Shown: in pieces, positions 48,337 through 57,211 of the stretch | Layout: each line of letters starts with the position of its first letter | Numbering within the stretch: position 1 is the stretch's first letter | Made by a program: the position numbers and the translations under genes | Notes under the pieces: model-generated | What the model saw: the letters and a program-made list of their open reading frames with translations, nothing else | Database searches by the model: none | Told to the model about the DNA's origin: nothing | Source of the DNA: Candidatus Firestoneibacteriota bacterium | GTDB lineage: Bacteria > Oederibacteriota > Muellerivitia > Muellerivitales > Muellerivitaceae | DNA length: 64,000 nt | Reading direction: 5' to 3' | Assembly (NCBI GenBank): GCA_013286205.1 | Contig: JABDGD010000003.1 | Location: forward strand, 16,558 to 80,557

Positions 48337-50316
48337 ATGTCTTCGCAAGATCAATCGATGACTTCATTACAAAAAGATTCCGCGGTCTTTCCGCCGCCGG
48401 CCAAGTTTGCCGCCAAGTCCTACGTCAATTCGCCTGAAAAATACCAACAGATGTACGACCGTTCTATCAACGATTCCCATAATTTTTGGATGGAACAGGC
48501 TGAAGAGTTCGCTTGGTTCAAGAAACCGACCAAAAGCCTCAAATATACCTGGGACACCAAGAAGCGCGTCATTGAACATACCTGGTTTGAAGACGGAGAA
48601 ATGAATGTGTCAGTGAATTGCCTGGACCGTCATCTTTCTACCCCGGTTAAAGATAAAGTCGCCATTATCTGGCAAGGCGAAAAGGACGAGGAAGTCCGCA
48701 AGATTACTTATAAAGAGCTGCACGAAGACGTTTGCAAGTTCACCAACGTTTTGATTTCCAAGGGAATCAAAAAGGGGGACCGCATTTGTATCTATATGCC
48801 CATGGTGCCCGAAGCGGCGGTGGCTTTGTTGGCTTGCGCCCGTTTAGGCGCGATTCACTCGGTGGTTTTCGGCGGTTTCAGCGCTGAATCCATCAAGAGC
48901 CGTATTCAAGACTCTGACAACGTGGCGGTCATCACGGCAGATATGGGTTTCCGCGCGGGTAAAGTGATACCCCTGAAGAACATTATGGATGAGGCTTTGA
49001 AAGACTGTCCGGGCATTAAGAACGTGATCGTTTTGAAGCGCGGCGACGGCAAGGTGAGCATTCAAGCGGGCCGCGATTTCTGGTGGCACGATGAAATGGC
49101 CAAGGCTAAACCAGAACATAAGGCTGAGGCCCACAAGGCTGAAGATCCTTTGTTTATCCTCTATACCTCCGGCTCCACCGGAAAACCCAAAGGTGTTCTG
49201 CATACGACCGCGGGTTATTTGATGCATGTTGCTTTGACTCATAAATACATCTTTGACTGGCATCCGGAAGATATCTATTGGTGTACGGCTGATATCGGCT
49301 GGGTGACGGGCCATAGCTATATCGTATACGGCCCTTTGGCCAACGGCGCGACGTCTTTGATGTTTGAAGGCGTGCCGAACTTCCCTGACGCGGGACGTTT
49401 CTGGCAGGTCGTGGCTAAACATAAAGTGAACATCTTTTACACCGCTCCTACGGCTATCCGCGCTTTGATGCGCGAAGGTGAAGAGTGGCCGAAGAAGTAT
49501 GATTTGAGTTCTTTGAAAGTTTTGGGCTCAGTCGGCGAACCGATCAACCCCGAAGCCTGGATGTGGTATTACCGCAACATTGGCCACAGCGAAACCCCGA
49601 TTGTGGATACCTGGTGGCAGACAGAGACGGGCGGATTCTTGATCGCGCCTTTTCCGGGAGCGACCACTTTGAAACCAGGCAGCGCCGGACGGCCTTTCTT
49701 TGGTGTGGAGCCGGTGGTTTTGCGCGATGACAATACCGAATGTAACCGTAATGAGGGCGGCAAGCTTTGCATCAAAAAGCCCTGGCCCGGCATTATGCGC
49801 ACGACCTATGGCGATCATGAGCGCTTCATCAATACTTATTTCGCGACCTTCAACGATATGTACTTCACGGGTGACGGCTGCCGCGTGGACCAGGACGGCG
49901 ACTATTGGCTGATGGGCCGGGTGGACGACGTGGTCAATATCTCAGGTCACCGCATTGGTACGGCGGAAGTGGAAAGCGCTTTGGTTTCTTTCCCTCAAAT
50001 CGCCGAATCGGCTGTGGTGGGCTATCCGCATGATATTAAGGGTTCGGCCCTTTACGCTTTCGTCATGCTCAAGGACGGCGTGCAATCGTCCGAAGAATTG
50101 AAAAAGCAAATTATCCAGCATGTCCGCAAGGAAATTGGGGCGATTGCCCAACCGGATAAGATTCAATTCGCCGATGGATTGCCCAAGACCCGCAGCGGCA
50201 AGATCATGCGCCGTATTCTGCGCAAGATCGCCGAAAACGACATGTCTAACCTGGGCGATATCTCTACCCTGGCGGACCCGACGGTGGTCGAAAAGCTGGT
50301 GCATGGCAAACAGTAA
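48337..50316 (+). CDS. acs: Acetyl-CoA synthetase (acetate--CoA ligase)
   Basis: 659 aa. AMP-binding motif '[21 protein letters not shown]', 'WWQTETGG', '[41 protein letters not shown]' and C-terminal '[17 protein letters not shown]'. Collinear with bacterial Acs. Confidence 0.92.
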   Translation: MSSQDQSMTSLQKDSAVFPPPAKFAAKSYVNSPEKYQQMYDRSINDSHNFWMEQAEEFAWFKKPTKSLKYTWDTKKRVIEHTWFEDGEMNVSVNCLDRHLSTPVKDKVAIIWQGEKDEEVRKITYKELHEDVCKFTNVLISKGIKKGDRICIYMPMVPEAAVALLACARLGAIHSVVFGGFSAESIKSRIQDSDNVAVITADMGFRAGKVIPLKNIMDEALKDCPGIKNVIVLKRGDGKVSIQAGRDFWWHDEMAKAKPEHKAEAHKAEDPLFILYTSGSTGKPKGVLHTTAGYLMHVALTHKYIFDWHPEDIYWCTADIGWVTGHSYIVYGPLANGATSLMFEGVPNFPDAGRFWQVVAKHKVNIFYTAPTAIRALMREGEEWPKKYDLSSLKVLGSVGEPINPEAWMWYYRNIGHSETPIVDTWWQTETGGFLIAPFPGATTLKPGSAGRPFFGVEPVVLRDDNTECNRNEGGKLCIKKPWPGIMRTTYGDHERFINTYFATFNDMYFTGDGCRVDQDGDYWLMGRVDDVVNISGHRIGTAEVESALVSFPQIAESAVVGYPHDIKGSALYAFVMLKDGVQSSEELKKQIIQHVRKEIGAIAQPDKIQFADGLPKTRSGKIMRRILRKIAENDMSNLGDISTLADPTVVEKLVHGKQ

Positions 50317-50335
50317 GTGTTAGCTGAACAGAAAT

Positions 50336-50373
50336 AAAAAAAGCCTCTGTGAGAAATCACAGGGGCTTTTTTG
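50336..50373 (+). terminator. Rho-independent terminator after acs
   Basis: aaagcctctgtga-gaaa-tcacaggggct followed by TTTTTT. Confidence 0.8.
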
Positions 50374-50389
50374 TCTGAGGCAGTTACGG

Positions 50390-51541
50390 CTAGTAGAACA
50401 TGTAAGCGTCTAGCACCGTGCCGTAAAAGGGGCCGGTGGTATAGTTTGCCGCGCCCGCCGTCGGATCCATCCGTTGAACATCTAATTGGCACTTCAAGTT
50501 GCGCACTGGGTAACAGCGGAAGCTGACCACATCCCGGAAGCCGTCAAAGCTGGCGCTTAAACTAGTGTCGGTTAAGTATTCGTTTACGAAGCGCAGATAC
50601 ATATTTTTCCCCAGATCAACTTCAACACTGGCGTGGTAGGCGGTGTAGTTGTTTTGCGGTACGACGGCGCCGCTGACCACGGTGTCATAACCCGAGTCAA
50701 ACTCACCCAAAATGACAAATGGGCCCAAGTGCGTCCAACCGAAAGCGCCGTAGCGCAGGTTGGTTCCGTACTGGCCGGCCACGCCGTTGGGCGTGTTCTG
50801 GTCGTAAATAGATCCGCCCAATGTGACTTCTTTCAGATTGATGCCGCCCTTGGCGGAGAAATCTTTATCGTTAGATGCCGCCGGATCATTAAAGGCCGCG
50901 GCGTTTAGGAAGAAAATCCCTGGATAAATACCAACCTCAATACCATCGGTGCTGAAAAAGGGATTGTTGAAAGTTAAAACGTTGGTATTACTTAAGTCGC
51001 CGCGCACCAGGCTATTGTCATCGGCTAATTGCAGACCATAGGGTGTCGTGAAGCGGCCCAGTTTGATGTAGGCATCTTGCGGCAAACCCGAGATAAGACC
51101 GTAAGCCTCGGTGGGGGAATTAATATCCAGGCGATAAGTGAAAACGCCGGAGATGACTTCATTCGCTTTAATGCCGATAGAAAAGCTTTGGCGGCCAAGA
51201 GGAACAAAAGGCGAATTGGGGTTAAAAGAAGCCAGGGTGCCGGTCGGCGCGGGCATAAAAAGGGCGCCGAAGCTTTCGTGCAGATCGACTCCCGCGCTGA
51301 TGAAGGTCGGGGTTTTGTGGGTGAAGGCCTGGGCGGTTTCAGCGATGCCCTGCCAGTCGAAAGTTTTCAGGTCGTTGCCGTAATTGCGGCCAAAGTCGTT
51401 GCGCAAATATCCGCCGGTTTCATTCATGTGGCAGGCGTTACAGTTAACGCCCTGCCAGGCGGCCAGATAAGGTTCTGCCCAAAGATTCGAGATTCCCAGC
51501 GCCATCAGAAGGATAGTCAGAATTCCTATCTGCTTTTTCAT
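50390..51541 (-). CDS. Cyc2-like fused monoheme c-type cytochrome / outer-membrane beta-barrel porin
   Basis: Signal peptide (ILTILLMALGISNLWA), then 'EPYLAAWQGVNCNACHMNE'. That gives a single CxxCH heme motif about 10 residues into the mature protein, preceded by a PxL motif as in Cyc2 homologs. The remaining roughly 330 aa are beta-strand-patterned and end 'LDAYMFY' (an OMP beta-signal). Confidence 0.55.
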   Translation of the reverse strand: MKKQIGILTILLMALGISNLWAEPYLAAWQGVNCNACHMNETGGYLRNDFGRNYGNDLKTFDWQGIAETAQAFTHKTPTFISAGVDLHESFGALFMPAPTGTLASFNPNSPFVPLGRQSFSIGIKANEVISGVFTYRLDINSPTEAYGLISGLPQDAYIKLGRFTTPYGLQLADDNSLVRGDLSNTNVLTFNNPFFSTDGIEVGIYPGIFFLNAAAFNDPAASNDKDFSAKGGINLKEVTLGGSIYDQNTPNGVAGQYGTNLRYGAFGWTHLGPFVILGEFDSGYDTVVSGAVVPQNNYTAYHASVEVDLGKNMYLRFVNEYLTDTSLSASFDGFRDVVSFRCYPVRNLKCQLDVQRMDPTAGAANYTTGPFYGTVLDAYMFY

Positions 51542-51680
51542 GAAAACTCCTGTGAGCCAGTTTTGATTTGAGCGTCTTTTTATAGAGGTGATAACCCTGA
51601 TACTTTAACTATTGTGTTGGGTAGGTAAATGTTACTGCTAAAAACTGTTTATGGGGCCTGAAGACCCGCTAAATGGGGGG

Positions 51681-52451
51681 TTAGAATGTTCTGGCAACCA
51701 TTAATTCGGTAGTACTTGCGGGGGAGTCGCTGAGGGATTCGCCCAGTTCGAAAAGCCATTCACCCGGTTGGAAGGCGATCTGGGGGATGAAAGCCCAGGA
51801 CGACCGGCTATTGGGCGCGGTGACAGCGGTCAGATCAGCTTCCCCTTGGATATACCAATCCCGGCTCAAGTGATAGCCCAGGCCTGTATTGGCTTTCCAC
51901 TGATTTGGAACTCGGGGATCGATCCCGCCCTGATAGCCATAGTTTCCCTCAAGGTAGAGTTTTCCCATGCGGTAACCACCCAGAACACTGGCGGACCAAC
52001 TGCTTCCCATCCAGGGGAAGGTCGTATTGGGAATGGCGTAAGCTCCGCCGCCCTCAATTGAAAAAGCTCCAGCCGTTTCGCTGGACCATCCTCCGAAATG
52101 ATAGAACTCATAACGTAAGTTAAGTCCGATGGGAGCCAGGATCAGGGGAACCTGCCCGAGGGGGTACTGGGTGCTCAAGTTTGGAAAATCAACCTCTAAA
52201 GCCCAATCGTTCGCGATGGCGAATAAGCCCTCTCCATAAAGATAAAGCCAACGATTAGAGGAAGTGTTGTTATCGAATGAAGCTGAAAAATAGTAGCTGT
52301 TTTCGATTTGCGCTGAATCAGTTTCCAGGGTTCGAATGATGCCGGGGTCGTTTTCCTGGGCGGGCAGGGAGGATGGAAGAAGTGCTTGGGCAGCCGCGCA
52401 GGCGGCTAAAAGCAGGAGGGAAACACTTAAGCGGGCCGAGATTCGGGTCAT
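51681..52451 (-). CDS. Outer-membrane beta-barrel protein (no heme motif)
   Basis: Signal peptide (LSVSLLLLAACAAAQA), alternating aromatic/Gly strand pattern, and a C-terminal 'LMVARTF'. Co-oriented immediately upstream of the Cyc2-like gene. Confidence 0.5.
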   Translation of the reverse strand: MTRISARLSVSLLLLAACAAAQALLPSSLPAQENDPGIIRTLETDSAQIENSYYFSASFDNNTSSNRWLYLYGEGLFAIANDWALEVDFPNLSTQYPLGQVPLILAPIGLNLRYEFYHFGGWSSETAGAFSIEGGGAYAIPNTTFPWMGSSWSASVLGGYRMGKLYLEGNYGYQGGIDPRVPNQWKANTGLGYHLSRDWYIQGEADLTAVTAPNSRSSWAFIPQIAFQPGEWLFELGESLSDSPASTTELMVARTF

Positions 52452-52607
52452 GTGTTTGGTCTCCTTTCTGAGTAGTTTAGGCGCGGGCCCCTCAACCGCA
52501 AAAGTCTAACCCCGAAACCCAAGGTTCGCAACATGGGAAAGGCCCAACGCCCATAAAACGCATTTATTTTTCGAAACCAATTCCTCTTCCTTCCTCTATT
52601 ACTATAA

Positions 52608-53636
52608 TTGAATCCGCCTGCCAACCTATCTGCCGAGGAACCCATGCGTTTGCTCAACTTGATTTTCATCTGTGCCGCCTTCTTGTTTTTGACCGGCTGG
52701 GGACACTGGGGTCCCAATGTCAAAATTGGACTAGCGCTGGATAACGCTCAAATCCGTGAAACGCTCGTTCAAAAATTGAAGGAAGCGATGGAGGATAACC
52801 GCGCGGAACTTCTGGTGAAGGACGCGAAGGATGATCCGGCTGCCCAACGAAGTGAAGTTGAAGAAATGATCCAGCGGGGCATTCAGGTCCTGGTGGTGAT
52901 CCCCTGTGACCCCTCGAAGGCCTCAGCTCTGGTGAACGAGGCGCATCACGCTGGAATTAAAGTGATTTCCTTAAAAGGTCTTATTCCGGACAGCGATTTG
53001 GATTACCTGATCGCCTTCAATAATGAGAAGGCAGGAGAATTACAGGCGCGGGCTATGGTTAAGAAAGTTCCCCGGGGCCGGTATGTCCTGTTGGGGGGGG
53101 ACGCGGCGGAAGAGGCTTCTCAGAATATTCGAAAAGGCCAGATGAAGGTGCTGCAACCCCTGATTGACCAGGGAGATGTTCAAGTCGCCGCTTCAAAATG
53201 GGACGCCGGGCGGGAAATTGCGACTACTTTGAACAGCATCCTGACCCGTGAAAAAAATAAAATAGATGCCATTCTAGTTTCTGATGAGGAAAAGGCGGAG
53301 CAAGCTGCCCGGGTTCTGGAAAAATTAAATCTCACCTCACGAATAAGTATCGGGGGTTTGGGAGAAGATGTGAATACCTGCCGAAGAATTGCCTCCGGCG
53401 CCCAATGGATGACCATCTATCATCCGCCGCAAAAGCTGGCCGAGGAAACAGCCTACCTGGCGGCCAAATCGGCCCGGCAGGCCACGGAGTTTGATTGTCA
53501 ATTTGTCGAGATGGATAACGGTCCCCAAAAAGTAAAAGCCGTTCTTTTAACGCCGCTGGCGGTGAACGCTCAAAATTTAAAGTCGACAGTGATTAGCGAC
53601 GGGGTACAAAAAGAAGCGGATATTTTTAAAAAGTAA
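52608..53636 (+). CDS. Periplasmic sugar-binding-protein-fold (Peripla_BP / type I SBP) protein, orphan
   Basis: Signal/TM N-terminus, then 'KIGLALDNAQIRETLVQKLKEAMEDNRAELLVKDAKDDPAAQRSEVEEMIQRGIQVLVVIP', typical of ribose/xylose-binding-like SBPs. No adjacent ABC permease or ATPase. Confidence 0.6.
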   Translation: MNPPANLSAEEPMRLLNLIFICAAFLFLTGWGHWGPNVKIGLALDNAQIRETLVQKLKEAMEDNRAELLVKDAKDDPAAQRSEVEEMIQRGIQVLVVIPCDPSKASALVNEAHHAGIKVISLKGLIPDSDLDYLIAFNNEKAGELQARAMVKKVPRGRYVLLGGDAAEEASQNIRKGQMKVLQPLIDQGDVQVAASKWDAGREIATTLNSILTREKNKIDAILVSDEEKAEQAARVLEKLNLTSRISIGGLGEDVNTCRRIASGAQWMTIYHPPQKLAEETAYLAAKSARQATEFDCQFVEMDNGPQKVKAVLLTPLAVNAQNLKSTVISDGVQKEADIFKK

Positions 53637-53702
53637 GGGATTCTTGAAAGACGAAAAGTGGCTGCAACGAAGTTTTGAGATGTATTTAAGAAAAGGAAAA
53701 AT

Positions 53703-54371
53703 ATGAGTGCGCTAGACAGGGATGACCCGAGCCTGGACCGTATCGGCGCCTTTAGTGACGGGGTGTTCGCCTTTGCCATCACTTTATTGGTTCTGTCGAT
53801 CCGCATCCCGCATCCAACCGACGCCGACGCCGCCCAGGGACTGCTGTCCCTTTTGGCCCAACAGTGGAGGACTTACCTTGTCTACGCCCTCAGCTTCATG
53901 AATATTGGAATCAACTGGACGAACCACCGGATGATGTTCTCAACCTTCAAACGCGCCGACCACACCCTCGTTTGGCTCAATCTTTTGTACCTGATGGTAG
54001 GGGTGGCTTTTATGCCCGTCCCGACGGCGGTACTGGGTGCGTGGCTGGGGGATCCCCAAAACCAGGTCACCGCCACCGTGTTCTACGGAGCTTCCGCTTT
54101 TCTCGGAGGGTTAGTTTATAACGTGGTTTGGTGGTACGGGGCCTACTGCGCCAAGCTCACTTCTGCGGCGCTCACCGCAGCCAAACGGCGGGCCCACACA
54201 CTGGCCTGGGCTCCAGCTCCGCTTTTCGCTATCGCGCTTACGGCGGTTGCCTTCGGGTATCCCGGTCTGGCGGTGGCCGGCTATGTGACTGTTGTTTTCG
54301 CGTATGTATTGCCGCTTCCGAGGTTGTTGGCGATGGTGCGGCGGCGCAGCGATTGGAGAATAAAAGGATAA
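53703..54371 (+). CDS. DUF1211 / TMEM175-like membrane protein (second paralog)
   Basis: 'RIGAFSDGVFAFAITLLVLSIRIPHP' matches the DUF1211/TMEM175 RxxxFSDGVFAIAITLLVLE signature. About 6 TM helices. Confidence 0.7.
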   Translation: MSALDRDDPSLDRIGAFSDGVFAFAITLLVLSIRIPHPTDADAAQGLLSLLAQQWRTYLVYALSFMNIGINWTNHRMMFSTFKRADHTLVWLNLLYLMVGVAFMPVPTAVLGAWLGDPQNQVTATVFYGASAFLGGLVYNVVWWYGAYCAKLTSAALTAAKRRAHTLAWAPAPLFAIALTAVAFGYPGLAVAGYVTVVFAYVLPLPRLLAMVRRRSDWRIKG

Positions 54372-54433
54372 GCGGCAGGTTCAATCATCTTAAAATCTTA
54401 TCCACGGCGGGGACCCGGCTCCGCTTTTATAAT

Positions 54434-55129
54434 CTATTTTCTCCAGCGGGCGAACCAGTAGCCGCCGATCCAGATCGGGAGGAAGATCAGCGTCAACATC
54501 GGCATCAGATGGTCTACCAGCATGTGGCAGGTTTCCCAGCGGGCGCAATGAAGTTGTATGGTTCCCGCTCCCAAAAGAAAGGCTGAGACTCCCAGCCAGG
54601 CTCCGGTCCATCTCGGATGGAAAGAAGCGTTCCGAGAAGCCATCCAGCCCAAGATTAACCACGTTGGCAAGGCGACCAATACCATGGTTCGAGCGCAAAA
54701 CCATTCATCAGCCCTGTCGCGCGCCAATGCTTGCGCGAGAGCGGATGTCTCGAAAAACAAAAAGGGCATGCTAAAAAGAAACAGGATGAGGATGCCCGCG
54801 ATCACTCGGGGGGCGGTACGAGGCCGGTAATCCGGCATGCTTGAGGCGATGCCCATCCGGGCGGTGAAAGCGGCCAGGACGAAAGCGAGCAGCAAGAATC
54901 CGCCTGACGAAAGGTCAGTGAGTCTTTCCTGAAGTTCGAATTGGGGTCCGATCAGCGAAAGGGTGAGGGCTACCGCCAGAAGAGAAAAAACTAACCAAAC
55001 CAGCCATTGCCCGAGAACCGTAGGCGCCGTTGGGGTAGATTTATTTTCAGCCACAAGTTTTTCCACCAAATCCCGGTGGGATTTGGGCAGGGAGTTTTTG
55101 ATGGGTTTAGAGTGAATCGATTCGCTCAT
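54434..55129 (-). CDS. Membrane anti-sigma factor, DUF1109 (NrsF-like) family
   Basis: It sits immediately downstream of the ECF sigma with a 4-nt overlap. Cytoplasmic N-terminus 'DLVEKLVAENKSTPTAPT', about 6 TM helices, and the C-terminal Cys/His pattern 'HCARWETCHMLVDHLMP' typical of DUF1109. Confidence 0.6.
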   Translation of the reverse strand: MSESIHSKPIKNSLPKSHRDLVEKLVAENKSTPTAPTVLGQWLVWLVFSLLAVALTLSLIGPQFELQERLTDLSSGGFLLLAFVLAAFTARMGIASSMPDYRPRTAPRVIAGILILFLFSMPFLFFETSALAQALARDRADEWFCARTMVLVALPTWLILGWMASRNASFHPRWTGAWLGVSAFLLGAGTIQLHCARWETCHMLVDHLMPMLTLIFLPIWIGGYWFARWRK

Positions 55130-55686
55130 TCGCTTTTTTCCACTTTAGTTTTAAGAATCTTCTTTAAAAGAGCGTATCCGCGATGAGCCCTCACCCTGAG
55201 GGCGGCCTGGGATATGCCCAGCGTTTTCGCCGCTGTTTCTACACTCATTCCTTTTAACTTCAACATTTCTACCGCCTGCCGGTTCATCTCAGGTATGGAC
55301 TCCAGAGCCTGTTGAATCAGGTCGTCGAGTCCGCCGTCCGCCGTCTCCAGAGCGGCGATGTCGAAAAAGTCCTCCAAAGGAACCTCGCGCTGGACGATCT
55401 TGTGGTTTTTTTTCAAAGCCGCCCAAATGGCGTTTCGAATCACCGCGAAGAACCAGGGAGGGAAAGGCAGATCGCTCCGGTAACTATGCTTGGCCTTGTG
55501 AAACGATAAAAGCACTTCCTGAAACACATCATCCACGTGGTCCTGATGGAAGACCCTTTTATGGACGAAATTATAGATTAAGGGACTCATTTCCAGCAAA
55601 AGGCGCTCATAAGCGTCCTTGTCGCCGGCCTGAGTCAGTTTCATCAACTGGGTCCAGGCTTGCCATTGGGCGTCATTGAAATCCAA
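55126..55686 (-). CDS. ECF (sigma-70 family, group IV) RNA polymerase sigma factor
   Basis: Region 2 'FQEVLLSFHKAKHSYRSDLPFPPWFFAVIRNAIWAALKK'. Region 4 'ESIPEMNRQAVEMLKLKGMSVETAAKTLGISQAALRVRAHRGYALLKK'. Confidence 0.85.
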   Translation of the reverse strand: MDFNDAQWQAWTQLMKLTQAGDKDAYERLLLEMSPLIYNFVHKRVFHQDHVDDVFQEVLLSFHKAKHSYRSDLPFPPWFFAVIRNAIWAALKKNHKIVQREVPLEDFFDIAALETADGGLDDLIQQALESIPEMNRQAVEMLKLKGMSVETAAKTLGISQAALRVRAHRGYALLKKILKTKVEKSE

Positions 55687-55860
55687 GGGCTAAGGCTCCT
55701 TATTCATGAATAGTGGGTGTCCGGCTGTAATGTTACCCCATCTGGAAAAAATATGATGGGGCTTCAGTAACATTTCGCCGGTTGGAGTAATACACATCAC
55801 CAAGAGCTCATCCCGTTCGGGGATGCGGCCGGCCGAATCTCAAAAGCCCTGGAGGCTGAC

Positions 55861-56283
55861 GTGAAAAACATACTTGTTTTGAGCTTTTTGCTTTGTTCCT
55901 TAATCTTGGTGGCGATGGCTTGTTCCCAGCAAAGCACTCCGACAACCACTCCGGCTTCGGCTACCGCGACGCCAACACCATCCATACAGACAATCTCTTA
56001 TGGCGGCGCCACCAATTACAGTCCGTCTGCGGTGACCATTACGCACGGTCAATCCGTAATTTGGGATTCGAGTTTGGCCGGTCATACAGTTCTTTTAGAT
56101 AACTATACGGGAACAGGGACCACCTGCGGTTCTTCCACTAACTACAGCTCTTTCCCCGTAACGGTAAATTTTCCGACAGCAGGCACTTATTATTTTCATT
56201 GCACAGTTCCAGGGCATTCGCCTTGTGGATCGGGAACCTGCGGCACCTGTACGGGTATGGCGGGTTCTGTGCAGGTTAATTAA
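55861..56283 (+). CDS. Cupredoxin (type-1 copper, plastocyanin/rusticyanin-like) lipoprotein with Cys-rich insertion in the ligand loop
   Basis: Lipoprotein signal (LILVAMAC) and a Thr/Pro linker. The cupredoxin C-terminus 'YYFHCTVPGH-SPCGSGTCGTCT-GMAGSVQVN' can be compared with plastocyanin 'YYCSPHQGAGMVGKVTVN' and rusticyanin 'CQIPGH..GM'. The Cys, His and Met ligands, plus an upstream His ('AGHTV'), are all present, with an extra C-x4-C-x2-C insert. Confidence 0.65.
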   Translation: MKNILVLSFLLCSLILVAMACSQQSTPTTTPASATATPTPSIQTISYGGATNYSPSAVTITHGQSVIWDSSLAGHTVLLDNYTGTGTTCGSSTNYSSFPVTVNFPTAGTYYFHCTVPGHSPCGSGTCGTCTGMAGSVQVN

Positions 56284-56346
56284 TCACCAGGATTCAAGCC
56301 GGGTTTTTAATGGAATTAAAAATCCCAACAGGTAAAGGCGAGCGCT

Positions 56347-56994
56347 GTGAATGAGAAAAGTCTTTTTCAATTAGCGGCGCTCTCGCTTTTATTGGCTCTG
56401 GGAATGGGGCTGGGTTGTACTAAAAATGTTTCGGTTTCTCCGACGATGCCGTTTGTTTTAACCAGCACCAATACGGCCGCCCCTGTTATTACCAATACTT
56501 TCACAGTCACCGCTACCAATACGGTGACAGCCACCAATACAGCGACTTCGCCCTATACCCTGACGAACACTCCCACGAATACCAATACGCCGACGATTAC
56601 CAATACTCCCACCGATACACCCACCATGACTTTTACTGATACGGCTACTCTGACACCGACGGCTACCCAAGTAACGCTGACTTATCTTTTTAATACCTAC
56701 ATCAACACTCCGATTGGCAGCAGCCGCCAGTGCAGTTCATGCCACAGCGCAGGCTTTCCGCCGGACCCGACTTCGGCCAATACTTTCTGGAGCACGACGG
56801 TGGGCCAGACCGCTTCTTTTGGCTGCGCGACCCTGCGGGTAAATCCGGGGGATAACACGACCAGCGCCCTTTATCTGCGTTTGGCGGGTTTGGGCTGTTC
56901 CCCCCAGATGCCCAATGGCGGGCCGACCTATTTAAACGCGTCCCAGCTGGCCGAGGTAGCGGCCTGGATTAATGAAGGGGCTTTAAATAATTGA
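56347..56994 (+). CDS. Monoheme c-type cytochrome lipoprotein
   Basis: Lipobox 'ALGMGLGC', a Thr-rich linker (TNTATSPYTLTNTPTNTNTPTITNTPTDTPT), and a C-terminal domain with the 'QCSSCHS' CxxCH heme site plus a candidate distal Met in 'CSPQMPNGG'. Confidence 0.6.
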   Translation: MNEKSLFQLAALSLLLALGMGLGCTKNVSVSPTMPFVLTSTNTAAPVITNTFTVTATNTVTATNTATSPYTLTNTPTNTNTPTITNTPTDTPTMTFTDTATLTPTATQVTLTYLFNTYINTPIGSSRQCSSCHSAGFPPDPTSANTFWSTTVGQTASFGCATLRVNPGDNTTSALYLRLAGLGCSPQMPNGGPTYLNASQLAEVAAWINEGALNN

Positions 56995-57048
56995 GGCTTA
57001 GTGAGGTTTTTTGGGCAGTTTGTTGACGAAAAAAGGGGAGTGAAAACC

Positions 57049-57153
57049 ATGAAAATTATCATTTTGGTGCTATCGTTGTTGGTGTTAGGTTTATCCGTGA
57101 CGGCTTGCGGAAACAATAACAGCCCGACGTCTTCCAAGAACAGCGGTTATTAA
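57049..57153 (+). CDS. Putative 34-aa small lipoprotein (not in ORF track)
   Basis: ATG preceded by a strong SD (AAAGGGGAG). It encodes MKIIILVLSLLVLGLSVTACGNNNSPTSSKNSGY, a lipobox followed by a short tail. Confidence 0.3.
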   Translation: MKIIILVLSLLVLGLSVTACGNNNSPTSSKNSGY

Positions 57154-57211
57154 GCTTTTGGCGGGTATTCGATTTTAAAACAACTATCCCAATCCATTAA
57201 AAAAAGGATTC

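Noticed and set aside
48844-49818. Several minus-strand ORFs (192 aa, 96 aa, 77 aa) inside acs
   Set aside because: acs is a 659-aa ORF with all AMP-binding motifs. The overlapping frames have no features.
51029-51571. 180-aa + strand ORF overlapping the Cyc2-like gene
   Set aside because: The minus-strand ORF has a signal peptide, a heme motif and a beta-signal. The + frame is Gly/Ala/Arg-rich antisense noise.
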